Part shown: positions 9,404 to 18,963 of the stretch, piece by piece
Layout of the letters: every line of letters begins with the position of its first letter
Numbering within the stretch: the stretch's first letter is position 1
Source of the DNA: Armatimonadota bacterium
GTDB taxonomy: Bacteria > Armatimonadota > HRBIN16
DNA length: 64,000 bases
Reading direction: 5' to 3'
NCBI GenBank assembly: GCA_963677485.1
Contig: OY781964.1
Span: 3,488,001 to 3,552,000, forward strand
Notes under the pieces: model-generated
Databases searched by the model: none
Seen by the model: the letters and a program-made list of their open reading frames with translations, nothing else
Told to the model about the DNA's origin: nothing
Translations under genes and position numbers: made by a program

Positions 9404-9989
9404 GATTTGCCTCCGCAGCCGGCCTTAGCCGCGATCTTTTGATCAAGTTTACCCTATTGTATAGGAAGTATGATGTGGTGGGTTGTGACCGCGGGATATC
9501 TTCAAATGTCTGGGGCCGCGGGCATGAAGGATACCATACCAAATACGAAAAGGTGGTTCGACGATGTCTACCAGAATTCGGCTGTCGAGTGTGCGTGATG
9601 TTATAACCACCAAGAGCGAGGCTAACCGGGTTGTTATGCACAATCACGGGGAAATGAGTGAAAATGGGGCACAATGTGTATAGCAGATGGCATTCTGTAG
9701 CAGGTATGCGGATGACACGTATCTAGCCAGTTGGGCAAAAGGCTACTGGAAATCTCGGTGTAGAGGTTCCTCGAGCATCAATCTGAAAACACTCGACCAA
9801 CTACGCATCCAGATCACTAGATACGGACTCATAGCAGTGCATGTTCAAGGGTTCTCTTGATGTATCCTGCAGGTTACAGGGTCGTTTCCACTCAGATCCA
9901 TCGCACAGCACATCGCATCTTACGGCTCCTCGGCTACGTATCACTGTTAGCCTGGATGACCGTATTTCGAAGTCGAAAGGAATTCTGAG

Positions 9990-11222
9990 TTGAAAAACAT
10001 CTCAAGGTTGATGATCGTGTGTCTCTGTCTGATTCTAGTAGGAACGTTACCAGGATGGTCTGCCGAGGGCGTCGGCGGCTCTATGGCCAACGGCCTGCGG
10101 CAGGTAGAGCAGTACAACTTCTCCATCCACATTCTCGCCATGCTTCTGATCGGTTTCGGGTTCCTGATGGTATTTGTCAAAAACTACGGATACAGCGCCA
10201 CCACAGGCACCTATCTGGTGGTGGCCGTCGGTCTGCCCGTGTATATGCTGTTGCGCTCTATGGGCGTCATCAGCAAAGAGGCTGTCTCACCTGACACTAT
10301 GAACTCCTTGCTCTTCGCTGAATTTGCGGTTGCGGCCGCCCTGATCTCCATGGGTGCCGTGCTGGGACGGCTGAAACTCTACCAGTACGCCTTGCTCGCT
10401 CTGCTGATCATGCCTGTATATATGCTGAATGAGTGGATGGTGCTTGACGGGGGACTGGGCGTGACCAAAGGCTTCGTCGATATGGCGGGCTCCATCGTCA
10501 TCCATGCCTTCGGAGCATATTTCGGACTGGGACTGACAATCGCCTTAACCAATCGCGCCGTTCGGGCGACCATCATTAAGAGTGATGCGACCTCCGACCG
10601 ATTTGCGATGCTTGGTTCTATGGTGTTATGGATGTTCTGGCCGAGTTTTTGCTGCGCGATGGTGCCGCCGGAGCAGATGCCTCATGCGGCGATCAATACG
10701 ATCCTGGCCTTATGCGGTGCCACGGTGATGACCTTCGTGCTGAGCAGCCTGCTGCGTAAAGGCCAGCCTTCTATCGCCGATATGGCCAATGCCGCTCTTG
10801 CCGGCGGCGTGGCGATCGGTGCCACCTGCAACCTGGTATCGGCAGGCGGAGCTTTTGGTATCGGACTGCTGGCGGGTGGTGTCTGCGTCATCGGCTATGT
10901 GTTGATCCAGCCTCGGCTGATGTCGTTGCTGAAGGGCGTGGATACCTGCGGAGTACACAACCTGCATGGTATGCCAGGACTGATCGGCGGACTGGCGGCC
11001 ATCTTCGTGGTTCCTGGGATATTGAAACCGCAGTTGATCGGCATCGGCTTCACGGTCGCTCTGGCCTTCACTGCTGGGTTAGTCGGTGGCTATATCATTA
11101 AAGCGACTGGCCAAAAACAGCTCGCTTACGAAGACCGGGACGAGTTCGGAGAAGAATTACCTGGCCAAGACGAGATCGATAAGGTCGGTTCCGCGTTGAT
11201 CGATGAACGCGTTTCCGTGTAG
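9990..11222 (+). CDS. Rhesus (Rh50)-type ammonium/gas channel, Amt/Rh superfamily
   Basis: Rh-specific motifs HILAMLLIGFGFLMVF, DMAGSIVIHAFGAYFGL, SDRFAMLGSMVLWMFWPSF, DTCGVHNLHGMPG; TTG start after AAGGA. Confidence 0.9.
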   Translation: MKNISRLMIVCLCLILVGTLPGWSAEGVGGSMANGLRQVEQYNFSIHILAMLLIGFGFLMVFVKNYGYSATTGTYLVVAVGLPVYMLLRSMGVISKEAVSPDTMNSLLFAEFAVAAALISMGAVLGRLKLYQYALLALLIMPVYMLNEWMVLDGGLGVTKGFVDMAGSIVIHAFGAYFGLGLTIALTNRAVRATIIKSDATSDRFAMLGSMVLWMFWPSFCCAMVPPEQMPHAAINTILALCGATVMTFVLSSLLRKGQPSIADMANAALAGGVAIGATCNLVSAGGAFGIGLLAGGVCVIGYVLIQPRLMSLLKGVDTCGVHNLHGMPGLIGGLAAIFVVPGILKPQLIGIGFTVALAFTAGLVGGYIIKATGQKQLAYEDRDEFGEELPGQDEIDKVGSALIDERVSV

Positions 11223-11233
11223 TAAGCAGTTAT

Positions 11234-11452
11234 CGTAGGGGCATCGCGTGCGGTGCCCTCCCTTCGTGCGCCGGTGTCGGGAATTACCATCCACAGATTA
11301 CACAGAAGACGCAGATTAGATATATCCGGCTACCGGTCGATCCGAGTCATCCGTGTCATCCGCGTAATCCGTGGTTCAGACACGTATTGGACGCGGTCGG
11401 GTCGTAGGGGTCGGGTTTCCCGACCCCAGGGGCGGGGAGACCCCGCCCCTAC
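11234..11452. repeat. Cluster of REP-like palindromes
   Basis: GTAGGGGCATCGCGTGCGGTGCCC (also near 6808 and 6850); CCACAGATTACACAGA/ATCCGTGTCATCCGCGTAATCCGTGG; GTAGGGGTCGGGTTTCCCGACCCC..GGGGCGGGGAGACCCCGCCCCTAC. Confidence 0.75.
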
Positions 11453-11470
11453 ACGTCGAACCCGTAGCCT

Positions 11471-13204
11471 CTATTGCTGGTAGATATACCGCGCGCGGCC
11501 GCTGGGGGCGGTGTCGCCTTTAGTCCAGGCGGTGACGATATCGCCGTCCTTCAGGCAGTTATCGGCCCACTTGAACTGCAGGCTGACCTGCTTACCATCT
11601 AGTCCCAGAAGCTTGCGCGGGATGGTGATCATCAACTGGTTGCCCTGCAGCTTGTAATCCACATCGCCCAGTTTCTTCCACCTGTAACCACCCTGGCATA
11701 CCTCCAGAACCGCCTTGCTGCCGGGTTGCACGCGGTTCACAGCATACTGGAACCCCTCCCAGGCCGGCCCGTTGCCGGTGCTGATGAAGAGCTGCATCCA
11801 CTGCTGGCCGGTGCGTGGTGTGATGTCGTTGGTGGTCTGCACGTAGAACACCAGGTTCTTCGCATCACGCGCCACTTTGGTCACACGCAGGTCGTTGCGT
11901 CCGCTGTTGTCGGTGTAGTGAAGCTCCTGACCGATGCCATCATGGTCACGGGGCAGTGTCTCGTTGATGGCATCAAGATAGGTGGGCTGCACCTTCTGCC
12001 AGGCCGACCATGGCGTGTTCTTGCCGATGCTGACCTCTCGGCCCGCTTTCGGTACCGTTCGGGCACCTTTAAACTGGCGAATATAGTTCACCATCTGGTA
12101 ATAATAGTTGTCGGTGTGCCCGCCCTTCATCGGCTCGATGTCGCGCGAGTACTCCTGGTCAAACTGATCCACAAACATCACGGGCTTCTTGATGCCGTTG
12201 AACTCGCTGAAGCGCATCGCGATCCACTCGTTCCATCCGGTGATGAAGATGAAGTCGGGGTCCTCTTTGATGGCGTGCTCGAACTGCTCTGCGAAGTTGG
12301 GACCCTTGTCTACGGCCCCTGGGCTGGTGTCACGCGCGCCGTTGTGCCAGGTTCGGCCATATACTTGGTCACCCTCACTCATAGAGCCCAGGCGGCCATT
12401 CACGCCGTTCATGGCGGTGCCCACCACCATCATCTCTCGTTCGCCTTGACTATTCTTGTACATGCGCTGCGGGTAGATCTCAAGCCAGCTCCACTGGTCA
12501 GGACCGGTGGGGCCGTCGAAGTAGCTGGGCATCGGCTTGCGGTAGGTAAAGAACTCCTTCATCTCAGCCGGCACCGGAGCCGGGTCGGCCATGATCAGCG
12601 GTTTGCCCTTCCACTTGTACCACAGGTCCTTGTAAAGACCAGGCTTGTATAGCTGTTCCCACAACTGGTTCAGTGAGCCCATCGGGTTCCAGAAGGGGCA
12701 CAGGAAGGCCATCTGTGGGGTTTTGAGACCCTCTTTGCGCATCTGCGTCCAGGTTTCGGCGAGTGCCTTCCAGCTATCTGGGTAGGTCGCCTGGTTGGTG
12801 ACGTCAAAAATCACCACATCGATGCCGGCATCGCTGAGCATGGTGGCGTGACGGCGCAGCACCCAGGGATCCGTGTTGAGGTAATAGCCATACATGGGTT
12901 CGCCCCAGTGATGGTAAGCCATTTTTGGTCCCCATACGGGACTGTCGGCGTTCGTCATGGCATTGGGGTCATTTGCCAGAGCCTTCGTCACATCGTAGGG
13001 GCCGTATTTCAAATCTAGCCACAAAAAGTAGAATATGCCGACGGCTTTACCGGGGCGTGGTGCCGGCACATTCGGGGCAGTGAGCAGGGGACGTCCCAGT
13101 GCATCGGTGGCGGCCCAGGTATCGGGCATCGTGTCAACGGCTTTTGCCATCAGCGAACCTCCAATAAGTGAAAGCGCAAGAAGCGAGGTGATTGCGGGCT
13201 TCAT
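11471..13204 (-). CDS. Secreted glycoside hydrolase family 71/99-like protein (paralog)
   Basis: Colinear and highly similar to 7625..9403; FITGWNEW...SRDIEP. Confidence 0.65.
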   Translation of the reverse strand: MKPAITSLLALSLIGGSLMAKAVDTMPDTWAATDALGRPLLTAPNVPAPRPGKAVGIFYFLWLDLKYGPYDVTKALANDPNAMTNADSPVWGPKMAYHHWGEPMYGYYLNTDPWVLRRHATMLSDAGIDVVIFDVTNQATYPDSWKALAETWTQMRKEGLKTPQMAFLCPFWNPMGSLNQLWEQLYKPGLYKDLWYKWKGKPLIMADPAPVPAEMKEFFTYRKPMPSYFDGPTGPDQWSWLEIYPQRMYKNSQGEREMMVVGTAMNGVNGRLGSMSEGDQVYGRTWHNGARDTSPGAVDKGPNFAEQFEHAIKEDPDFIFITGWNEWIAMRFSEFNGIKKPVMFVDQFDQEYSRDIEPMKGGHTDNYYYQMVNYIRQFKGARTVPKAGREVSIGKNTPWSAWQKVQPTYLDAINETLPRDHDGIGQELHYTDNSGRNDLRVTKVARDAKNLVFYVQTTNDITPRTGQQWMQLFISTGNGPAWEGFQYAVNRVQPGSKAVLEVCQGGYRWKKLGDVDYKLQGNQLMITIPRKLLGLDGKQVSLQFKWADNCLKDGDIVTAWTKGDTAPSGRARYIYQQ

Positions 13205-13383
13205 GGTTCTCCTCCGTTTGGTGCATTACTGCAACTGCCTGTAGAGTTCGCCATATGGGGTCGGTGTTCCTGCATGGGTGGGGACGAGGCTCACGCGAAG
13301 ACGCGAAGGCGCGAAGAGGAGGGGAGTGTTTGAGGAACTGGTGCCGTATGTTGGCATCAAAAACGGGTATGAGTGCTCGTCCA

Positions 13384-13761
13384 CCGCGACATAAATGTCA
13401 ATCTATTACCCACAAATCCAGTTGGGATCGTATCGACCATGTGCCGCGACATAAATGTCTCGGCTACTGATCAACAAGCCCGCTAAACCGGGCTGCGGAG
13501 CTCCTTTCCGACAAAGATAACGTTAATGAAGACTGCTTCAGCAGTCTTGGTGTTCAATAGCCGAGACATTTATGTCGCGGAATCGATGACCTACTGGCCA
13601 TGCAATATTTGTGGGTAATAAACTGACATTTATGTCGCGGAATCGGTGATCTACTGGCCATGCAATATTTGTGGGTAATAAACTGACATTTATGTCGCGG
13701 AATCGGTGATCTACTGGCCATGCAATACTTATGGGTAATAGACTGACATTCATGTCGCGGC
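13384..13761. repeat. 60-bp tandem repeat with inverted copies (GACATTTATGTCGCGG core)
   Basis: Four cores at 60-bp period from ~13566; inverted cores CCGCGACATAAATGTC at 13384 and 13444; AGCCCGCTAAACCGGGCT hairpin between. Confidence 0.88.
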
Positions 13762-13869
13762 GTATGGGGTGTACATATCCTCCCTCCACCACTCGTATTC
13801 AGCGAGCCAATTTGTGCTCAGATATTGCCCAAACCATGCGCTTCTTGATATACTTTTCATGGTCTGCAA

Positions 13870-13954
13870 GCCCGGGTGGTGGAATCGGTAGACACACGGG
13901 ACTTAAAATCCCGAGCCGCAAGGCGTGGGGGTTCGAGTCCCCCCCCGGGCACCA
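13870..13954 (+). tRNA. tRNA-Leu (anticodon UAA)
   Basis: GCCCGGG acceptor stem, D-loop GGAATCGGTAGAC, anticodon arm CGGGA-CTTAAAA-TCCCG, long variable arm, GGTTCGAGTCC, encoded CCA. Confidence 0.96.
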
Positions 13955-14052
13955 TTTACAGATCTTTTCTGATGATATCGACCTTATGTGATCACCCCCC
14001 TATCGGGGTTCCCTCGGTGGAGAGTGACCACCAACCGGAGGCAGAACCTGAT

Positions 14053-15447
14053 ATGAGTTTTCAATACGACGTGGCAGTAATTGGTGCCGGCCCTGGCGGT
14101 TATGTAGCGGCTATTCGCGCCGCTCAGCTGGGTGGCAAAGTCGCCTGCATAGAGCGTGAGTACATCGGCGGTACCTGCCTGAACTGGGGATGCATTCCCA
14201 CGAAGGCGATGGTTGCTGGCGTCGAGCGTTACCACCAAATCAAAAACAGTAAGAATTTCGGCATCACAGTAGGTGATGTTACTATAGACTTCAACGGGCT
14301 GATGGCCCACAAAGAGAAGGTCGTCAAGACCCTGCGCGGAGGCATCGCTGGCCTGTTCAAAAAGAACAGCATCGACAGCATCGCGGGCAACGCCACCCTC
14401 GTCACCCCTAATACCATCAAAGTCACACGCGCAGATGGTTCCTCCGAGACGGTCACAGCCAAGAACATCATCCTGGCGACCGGTTCTGAGCCAGTCCGCC
14501 TGCCGGTTCCCGGTTTAGACGGTGAGGGCATCTGGACCAGTAACGAAGCGGTGAACGCACCTTTCGTACCCAAGCGTCTGCTGGTGATGGGCGCGGGAGC
14601 GATCGGCTGCGAGTTCGCCTACGTCTTCAACAACCTTGGCAGTAAGGTGACCGTTGTAGAGCTGATGCCGCAGATCCTGCCGTTGGAAGACGTTGAGATC
14701 GCCGCAGAGCTGAACAAGAGCCTGAAGCGCCAGGGTATCACCTTGATGAACGACGCCAAGGTGAAAGAAGTAAAGCACCAACCCGACGGCTCCAAGCAGG
14801 TGGTCATCGAGACAGCGAAGGGCGATCAGATCGTGGAGTGCGACATCGTGCTGGTCGGCGTTGGCCGCCGAGCCGTGCTTGCGGGTCTGGGTATCGAAGG
14901 TCTTGGTATCCGCACGCACAAGAAGGGCATTGAAGTCAACGAGAAGATGGAGACCAACGTGCCGGGTATTTATGCCATCGGCGACGTGATCGGCAAAATC
15001 CAGCTTGCACATGTGGCTTCTGCTGAGGGTATCGTCGCGGCCAGCAACGCGCTGGGCCACAATGAGACCATGAAATACAAAGTGGTGCCTAGTTGTGTCT
15101 ACACCGTGCCGGAAGTAGCCAGTGTGGGTCTGACTGAAGCTCAAGCTATCGCTGAAGGCCATGAAGTCAAGGTTGGAAGGTTCAACCTGCGCGGATTGGG
15201 CAAGATGATGGCCATGGGCGAGACCGAAGGTCTTGTGAAGGTCGTTGCTGACGCTCAGTATGGCGAGGTCCTTGGTGTTCACATCATGGGACCGCACGCC
15301 ACGGACATGATCGGTGAACCCACCACCGCGATGAGTCTTGAGGCTACCCTGGAGGATATGGTGCGAGTGATCCATGCTCACCCCACCGTCACCGAGGGGC
15401 TGCTTGAAGGCTTTGAAGACGCACTGGGACACGCCATCCATAAGTAA
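14053..15447 (+). CDS. lpdA: Dihydrolipoyl dehydrogenase
   Basis: GAGPGGYVAAIRAAQLG, GGTCLNWGCIPTK redox disulfide, HAHPTVTE; start moved to ATG 14053 (GGAGG RBS) because the longer ORF overlaps the tRNA. Confidence 0.96.
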   Translation: MSFQYDVAVIGAGPGGYVAAIRAAQLGGKVACIEREYIGGTCLNWGCIPTKAMVAGVERYHQIKNSKNFGITVGDVTIDFNGLMAHKEKVVKTLRGGIAGLFKKNSIDSIAGNATLVTPNTIKVTRADGSSETVTAKNIILATGSEPVRLPVPGLDGEGIWTSNEAVNAPFVPKRLLVMGAGAIGCEFAYVFNNLGSKVTVVELMPQILPLEDVEIAAELNKSLKRQGITLMNDAKVKEVKHQPDGSKQVVIETAKGDQIVECDIVLVGVGRRAVLAGLGIEGLGIRTHKKGIEVNEKMETNVPGIYAIGDVIGKIQLAHVASAEGIVAASNALGHNETMKYKVVPSCVYTVPEVASVGLTEAQAIAEGHEVKVGRFNLRGLGKMMAMGETEGLVKVVADAQYGEVLGVHIMGPHATDMIGEPTTAMSLEATLEDMVRVIHAHPTVTEGLLEGFEDALGHAIHK

Positions 15448-15467
15448 TATGCCGCGATGGGGCATTG

Positions 15468-15501
15468 AAATACGGTCTGCGCACGTCGCAGACCGTATTT
15501 T
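15468..15501 (+). terminator. Probable intrinsic terminator after lpdA
   Basis: AAATACGGTCTGCG-CACGT-CGCAGACCGTATTT perfect stem. Confidence 0.7.
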
Positions 15502-15566
15502 GTCATAATAAGGGTGTGCCATAATCTCTCATGTGCCTTGACCACACTCTTTGAGGAGAACTCACG

Positions 15567-16610
15567 ATGAACCAAATGCACTCTAAACTCGGACTTTTAG
15601 CTGCCATGTGTTTGCTGATTGCTGGCTGCAACAAGCCTGCGCCTAACACATCTGCCACCCCCACAGGCCCAAAACCGTTCCGTGCGGCGATGGTCACCGA
15701 TACAGCCGGGTTGACAGATCGCAGCTTCAACGAGACCTCCTGGAAGGGGCTGCAAAAGGCCCAAAAGGATCTTGGTATAGAGATCAAGGCGGTGGAGAGC
15801 CGAGCCGTGGCAGACTACGAAACGAACCTGTCTTTACTGGCGCGCCAGGGTTACGACGTGATCTTTGCAATTGGTTTCGCGCAGTTCGATCCGCTGTCTA
15901 AGGTCGCCAAGCAGTTCCCAAAGACAAAGTTTGCGATCGTCGATACAGACGCTCCGAAGCTGCCGAACTGCAAGGGGTTGGTTTTCCGTGAGCAGGAGGG
16001 CTGTTTCTTAGCCGGAGCTCTCGCCGCGATGGTCAGTAAATCAGGCAAACTAGGATTTGTGGGTGGACTGGACATCCCGTTGATCAAAAGGTTCGAGGTA
16101 GGATACCATGCTGGAGCGCTGGCGGTGAATCCTAAAATTGAGCTTTTTGCAGGTTACGCCGGAAGCTGGGAAGACCCCACCAAAGGCAAGGAACTCGCGC
16201 TGAGCCAGATCGAACGCGGAGCCGACATCGTGTTCACCGCGTCAGGCAAGACCGGCCTGGGTGTCATCGAGGCAGCCCGAACCAAGGGCCCTGGTTACTA
16301 TGCCATCGGCACCGATGCTGACCAAGACTATATTGCACCAGGCCGCGTTCTGACCAGCATGATGAAGGGGCTTGACAGCGTGGTATACAATGTCACCGCC
16401 GATGTAAAGAACGGCAAGTATAAGGCCGATAACCAAAGCTTTGGTCTGAAGGAAGATGGGGTCAGGCTTAGCCCTATGAAATACACTCGTGATAAAATCC
16501 CGGCGGGTGCGCTCAAGCGTATCGAGGTGTTGAAGCAGGCCATCATCAGCGGTGCGATCAAGGTACCTGTAGACGATGCAGGCCTCAAAGCGTTTGCTGC
16601 CGCCAAATAG
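15567..16610 (+). CDS. BMP-family (PnrA/TmpC-like) ABC substrate-binding lipoprotein
   Basis: Lipobox LIAGC; DRSFNE, GFVGG, GADIVF and AIGTDADQ motifs. Confidence 0.9.
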   Translation: MNQMHSKLGLLAAMCLLIAGCNKPAPNTSATPTGPKPFRAAMVTDTAGLTDRSFNETSWKGLQKAQKDLGIEIKAVESRAVADYETNLSLLARQGYDVIFAIGFAQFDPLSKVAKQFPKTKFAIVDTDAPKLPNCKGLVFREQEGCFLAGALAAMVSKSGKLGFVGGLDIPLIKRFEVGYHAGALAVNPKIELFAGYAGSWEDPTKGKELALSQIERGADIVFTASGKTGLGVIEAARTKGPGYYAIGTDADQDYIAPGRVLTSMMKGLDSVVYNVTADVKNGKYKADNQSFGLKEDGVRLSPMKYTRDKIPAGALKRIEVLKQAIISGAIKVPVDDAGLKAFAAAK

Positions 16611-16639
16611 ATAATCAGCTGGAAAAGGACCATATATAA

Positions 16640-17422
16640 ATGATAGTCGATGCGAGAGCTAACCGCGTGACGCTGTATGGCGATCTAAACAGCAACCAGT
16701 GGTTGACCATCAAGGCCGCCGCCACGCTGCTGCTGAAGCGCAATCCGTCTGGTATTATTATCAGTTGCGCCGGTCTGGAAGGCTTAACGCCCGAAGGTGC
16801 GACTACATTTTTGAACGCTCAGAACTACATTCAAAACAATGGCGCACGGATTGTGTTCTGTGAAGTGCCCACGGAGCTATTGCCCGTGCTGCGCTCCACA
16901 CCCGGACTGCGCAGCCAGTTGAATGTCACGAAGACGCTTGAGGACGCCCTCGCGTCATTAGGTGAGGGTAGTGATGACCTTGAAGAGATTGATGCACACA
17001 AGCATGAGGCCTGCAGCTATAGGGTGCTGCTGCCTTTATGGGATGAGTTGGACATCAAGTCACTAACCGACCATAGTCAGCACTTGGCCAAGGACTACCA
17101 TGGCATGGTTAAAGTGGTGTACATGCTGGTGGTACCACAGAAATTGAGCATCGATGCCCCTCTGCCCGAAGAGGAAGAGAACGCAAACGTGGTTCTTGAT
17201 CGGCTTAAGATTGAGGCTAAGGCTGCTAGAGTGAGATGCGAAACGCATGTTCACCGTTGCCGAAACCTCACTACAGGAATATTGAAGCTGGCTGTATCGG
17301 AGAGCCCCGAAATCATGGTGCTCGGTATTCCCAAAAATAACGAAGGCGGGTTTGAACTGAACGAAATCCTGTCTAAAGCGCCATGTGAAGTCATGGTCAG
17401 CAAGTCTAAGATCAGTTCATAA
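16640..17422 (+). CDS. STAS-like domain fused to universal stress protein domain
   Basis: N-terminal beta/alpha pattern like anti-sigma antagonists (RVTLYGDL...IVFC); C-terminal USP pattern (RVLLP...VVYMLVVP...IMVLG...ILSKAPCEVMV). Confidence 0.6.
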   Translation: MIVDARANRVTLYGDLNSNQWLTIKAAATLLLKRNPSGIIISCAGLEGLTPEGATTFLNAQNYIQNNGARIVFCEVPTELLPVLRSTPGLRSQLNVTKTLEDALASLGEGSDDLEEIDAHKHEACSYRVLLPLWDELDIKSLTDHSQHLAKDYHGMVKVVYMLVVPQKLSIDAPLPEEEENANVVLDRLKIEAKAARVRCETHVHRCRNLTTGILKLAVSESPEIMVLGIPKNNEGGFELNEILSKAPCEVMVSKSKISS

Positions 17423-17444
17423 CCAGCCCAGAACGGTAGGATAA

Positions 17445-18503
17445 ATGCGACAAGGAATCATTGAACGATACCGGAGTTACATGCCGGTCACAGATAAGAC
17501 GCCCGTCGTCTCTCTATTAGAGGGTTCGACCCCATTGATCCCCGCTCCACGTATCAGCAAGTGGATATCACCCCACGTGGAGGTCTACCTGAAGTTCGAC
17601 GGTATGAATCCCACAGGCTCCTTCAAAGACCGCGGCATGACGATGGCTATCAGCAAGGCGGCTGAAGCTGGAGCTAAAGCGGTGATCTGTGCCAGCACCG
17701 GTAACACCAGTGCCAGCGCCGCCGCTTACGCCGCCCGCGCGGGGATGAAGTGTTTTGTGCTGCTGCCCAAAGGCAAAGTAGCACTGGGGAAACTCAGCCA
17801 GGCGTTGATGCACGGCGCGAAAGCGCTGGCAGTGGAAGGTAACTTCGACGAAGCCTTGGATATCGTGCGGGAGATCGGCGAGAAGTTCCCTGTCACCATT
17901 GTGAACAGCACGAACCCTTACCGCGGTATTGGCCAGCGCAGCGCGGCATTCGAGATTTGCGATGATCTGGGCGACGCCCCGCATTACCACGCGCTGCCAG
18001 TTGGTAACGCGCGGAACATCACCGCTTACTGGGAGGGCTTCCAGGTTTACCACGAGGTCGGCCAAAGCACCCACCTGCCCAAGATGCTGGGCTTTCAGGC
18101 TGCCGGCAGTGCGCCGATTGTGGACGGCCACATCATCGAGCACCCCGAGACAATCGCAACCGCCATCCGCATCGGCAATCCTGCCAGTTGGAAGGAAGCC
18201 GAAGCAGCCCGGGATAACTCCGGTGGTCTGATCGATAAAATCACCGATGAGCAGATACTGGAAGCCTACCAGATGGTCGCCGCTCTTGAAGGTGTGTTCT
18301 GCGAGCCAGCAAGTGCGGCTCCGCTCGCGGGATTGAAAATGCTGGCAGACCGAGGCTACTTCACGGAACACGCCGTGATCACAGCCACGCTAACCGGCCA
18401 TGGTCTGAAGGACCCCGATACTGCAATGAGCTGCTGTGATGGTGCTTTTGAGAAGGTACCCGCTACGTTCGAGGCGGTTCGCAGCGCGCTTGGTTTGGGG
18501 TAG
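17445..18503 (+). CDS. thrC: Threonine synthase
   Basis: NPTGSFKDRG PLP lysine, CASTGNTSASAAAYAARAG, EPASAA, LTGHGLKDPD. Confidence 0.96.
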   Translation: MRQGIIERYRSYMPVTDKTPVVSLLEGSTPLIPAPRISKWISPHVEVYLKFDGMNPTGSFKDRGMTMAISKAAEAGAKAVICASTGNTSASAAAYAARAGMKCFVLLPKGKVALGKLSQALMHGAKALAVEGNFDEALDIVREIGEKFPVTIVNSTNPYRGIGQRSAAFEICDDLGDAPHYHALPVGNARNITAYWEGFQVYHEVGQSTHLPKMLGFQAAGSAPIVDGHIIEHPETIATAIRIGNPASWKEAEAARDNSGGLIDKITDEQILEAYQMVAALEGVFCEPASAAPLAGLKMLADRGYFTEHAVITATLTGHGLKDPDTAMSCCDGAFEKVPATFEAVRSALGLG

Positions 18504-18514
18504 TTGATTCAGTA

Positions 18515-18583
18515 GGACGGATTGGGGCGGATCGGACGGATATATTTGATCGGTCTGATCCGTCCAATCCGTCCGATTTTTTT
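18515..18583. terminator. Inverted repeat/terminator between convergent thrC and hspR
   Basis: GGACGGATTGG...CCAATCCGTCC followed by T7. Confidence 0.65.
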
Positions 18584-18585
18584 GC

Positions 18586-18957
18586 CTAGTTTTCCATGAT
18601 ACTGCTGGGCAAGCTGCGGCGTGGACCCGGGTCTAGCGTCTGGCGCAGCCGTTCACGCATGGCGTCGTCCATTTGTTCTACCATCACGTCCATCTGGGCC
18701 TGCATCTGCGAGATGCGGTCAAGTAGTTCTAGAATAACCTCTACCCCCGCTAAGTTCACACCTAAATCCTGCGTCAGACGTTGAATCTGCCGTAGTCGCA
18801 CCAGATCCGCATCGCTGTATAAGCGGTTCTTGGCGTTCACCCTTTGAGGGGTTACCAATCCCAGCCGTTCGTACAGACGCAGCGTCTGCGGATGTACTCC
18901 ACATAACTTCGCAGCGACTGATATCAAGTAGACAGGTTCATATTGATTGTGGTCCAT
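18586..18957 (-). CDS. hspR: MerR-family heat-shock repressor HspR
   Basis: PVYLISVAAKLCGVHPQTLRLYERLGL...RLYS...GVNLAGV; last gene of the dnaK operon. Confidence 0.92.
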   Translation of the reverse strand: MDHNQYEPVYLISVAAKLCGVHPQTLRLYERLGLVTPQRVNAKNRLYSDADLVRLRQIQRLTQDLGVNLAGVEVILELLDRISQMQAQMDVMVEQMDDAMRERLRQTLDPGPRRSLPSSIMEN

Positions 18958-18963
18958 ATTCGC

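Noticed and set aside
13559-13761. Possible CRISPR array (60-bp period, palindromic core) and ORF 13538..13792
   Set aside because: Spacer positions are near-identical copies; the ORF is just the translated repeat
13870-13954. tRNA as an integration site for a genomic island
   Set aside because: No integrase and no duplicated tRNA 3' end noticed; housekeeping lpdA follows directly
13876-14052. N-terminal extension of lpdA in the ORF track
   Set aside because: Overlaps tRNA-Leu; the real start is ATG 14053 with a GGAGG RBS
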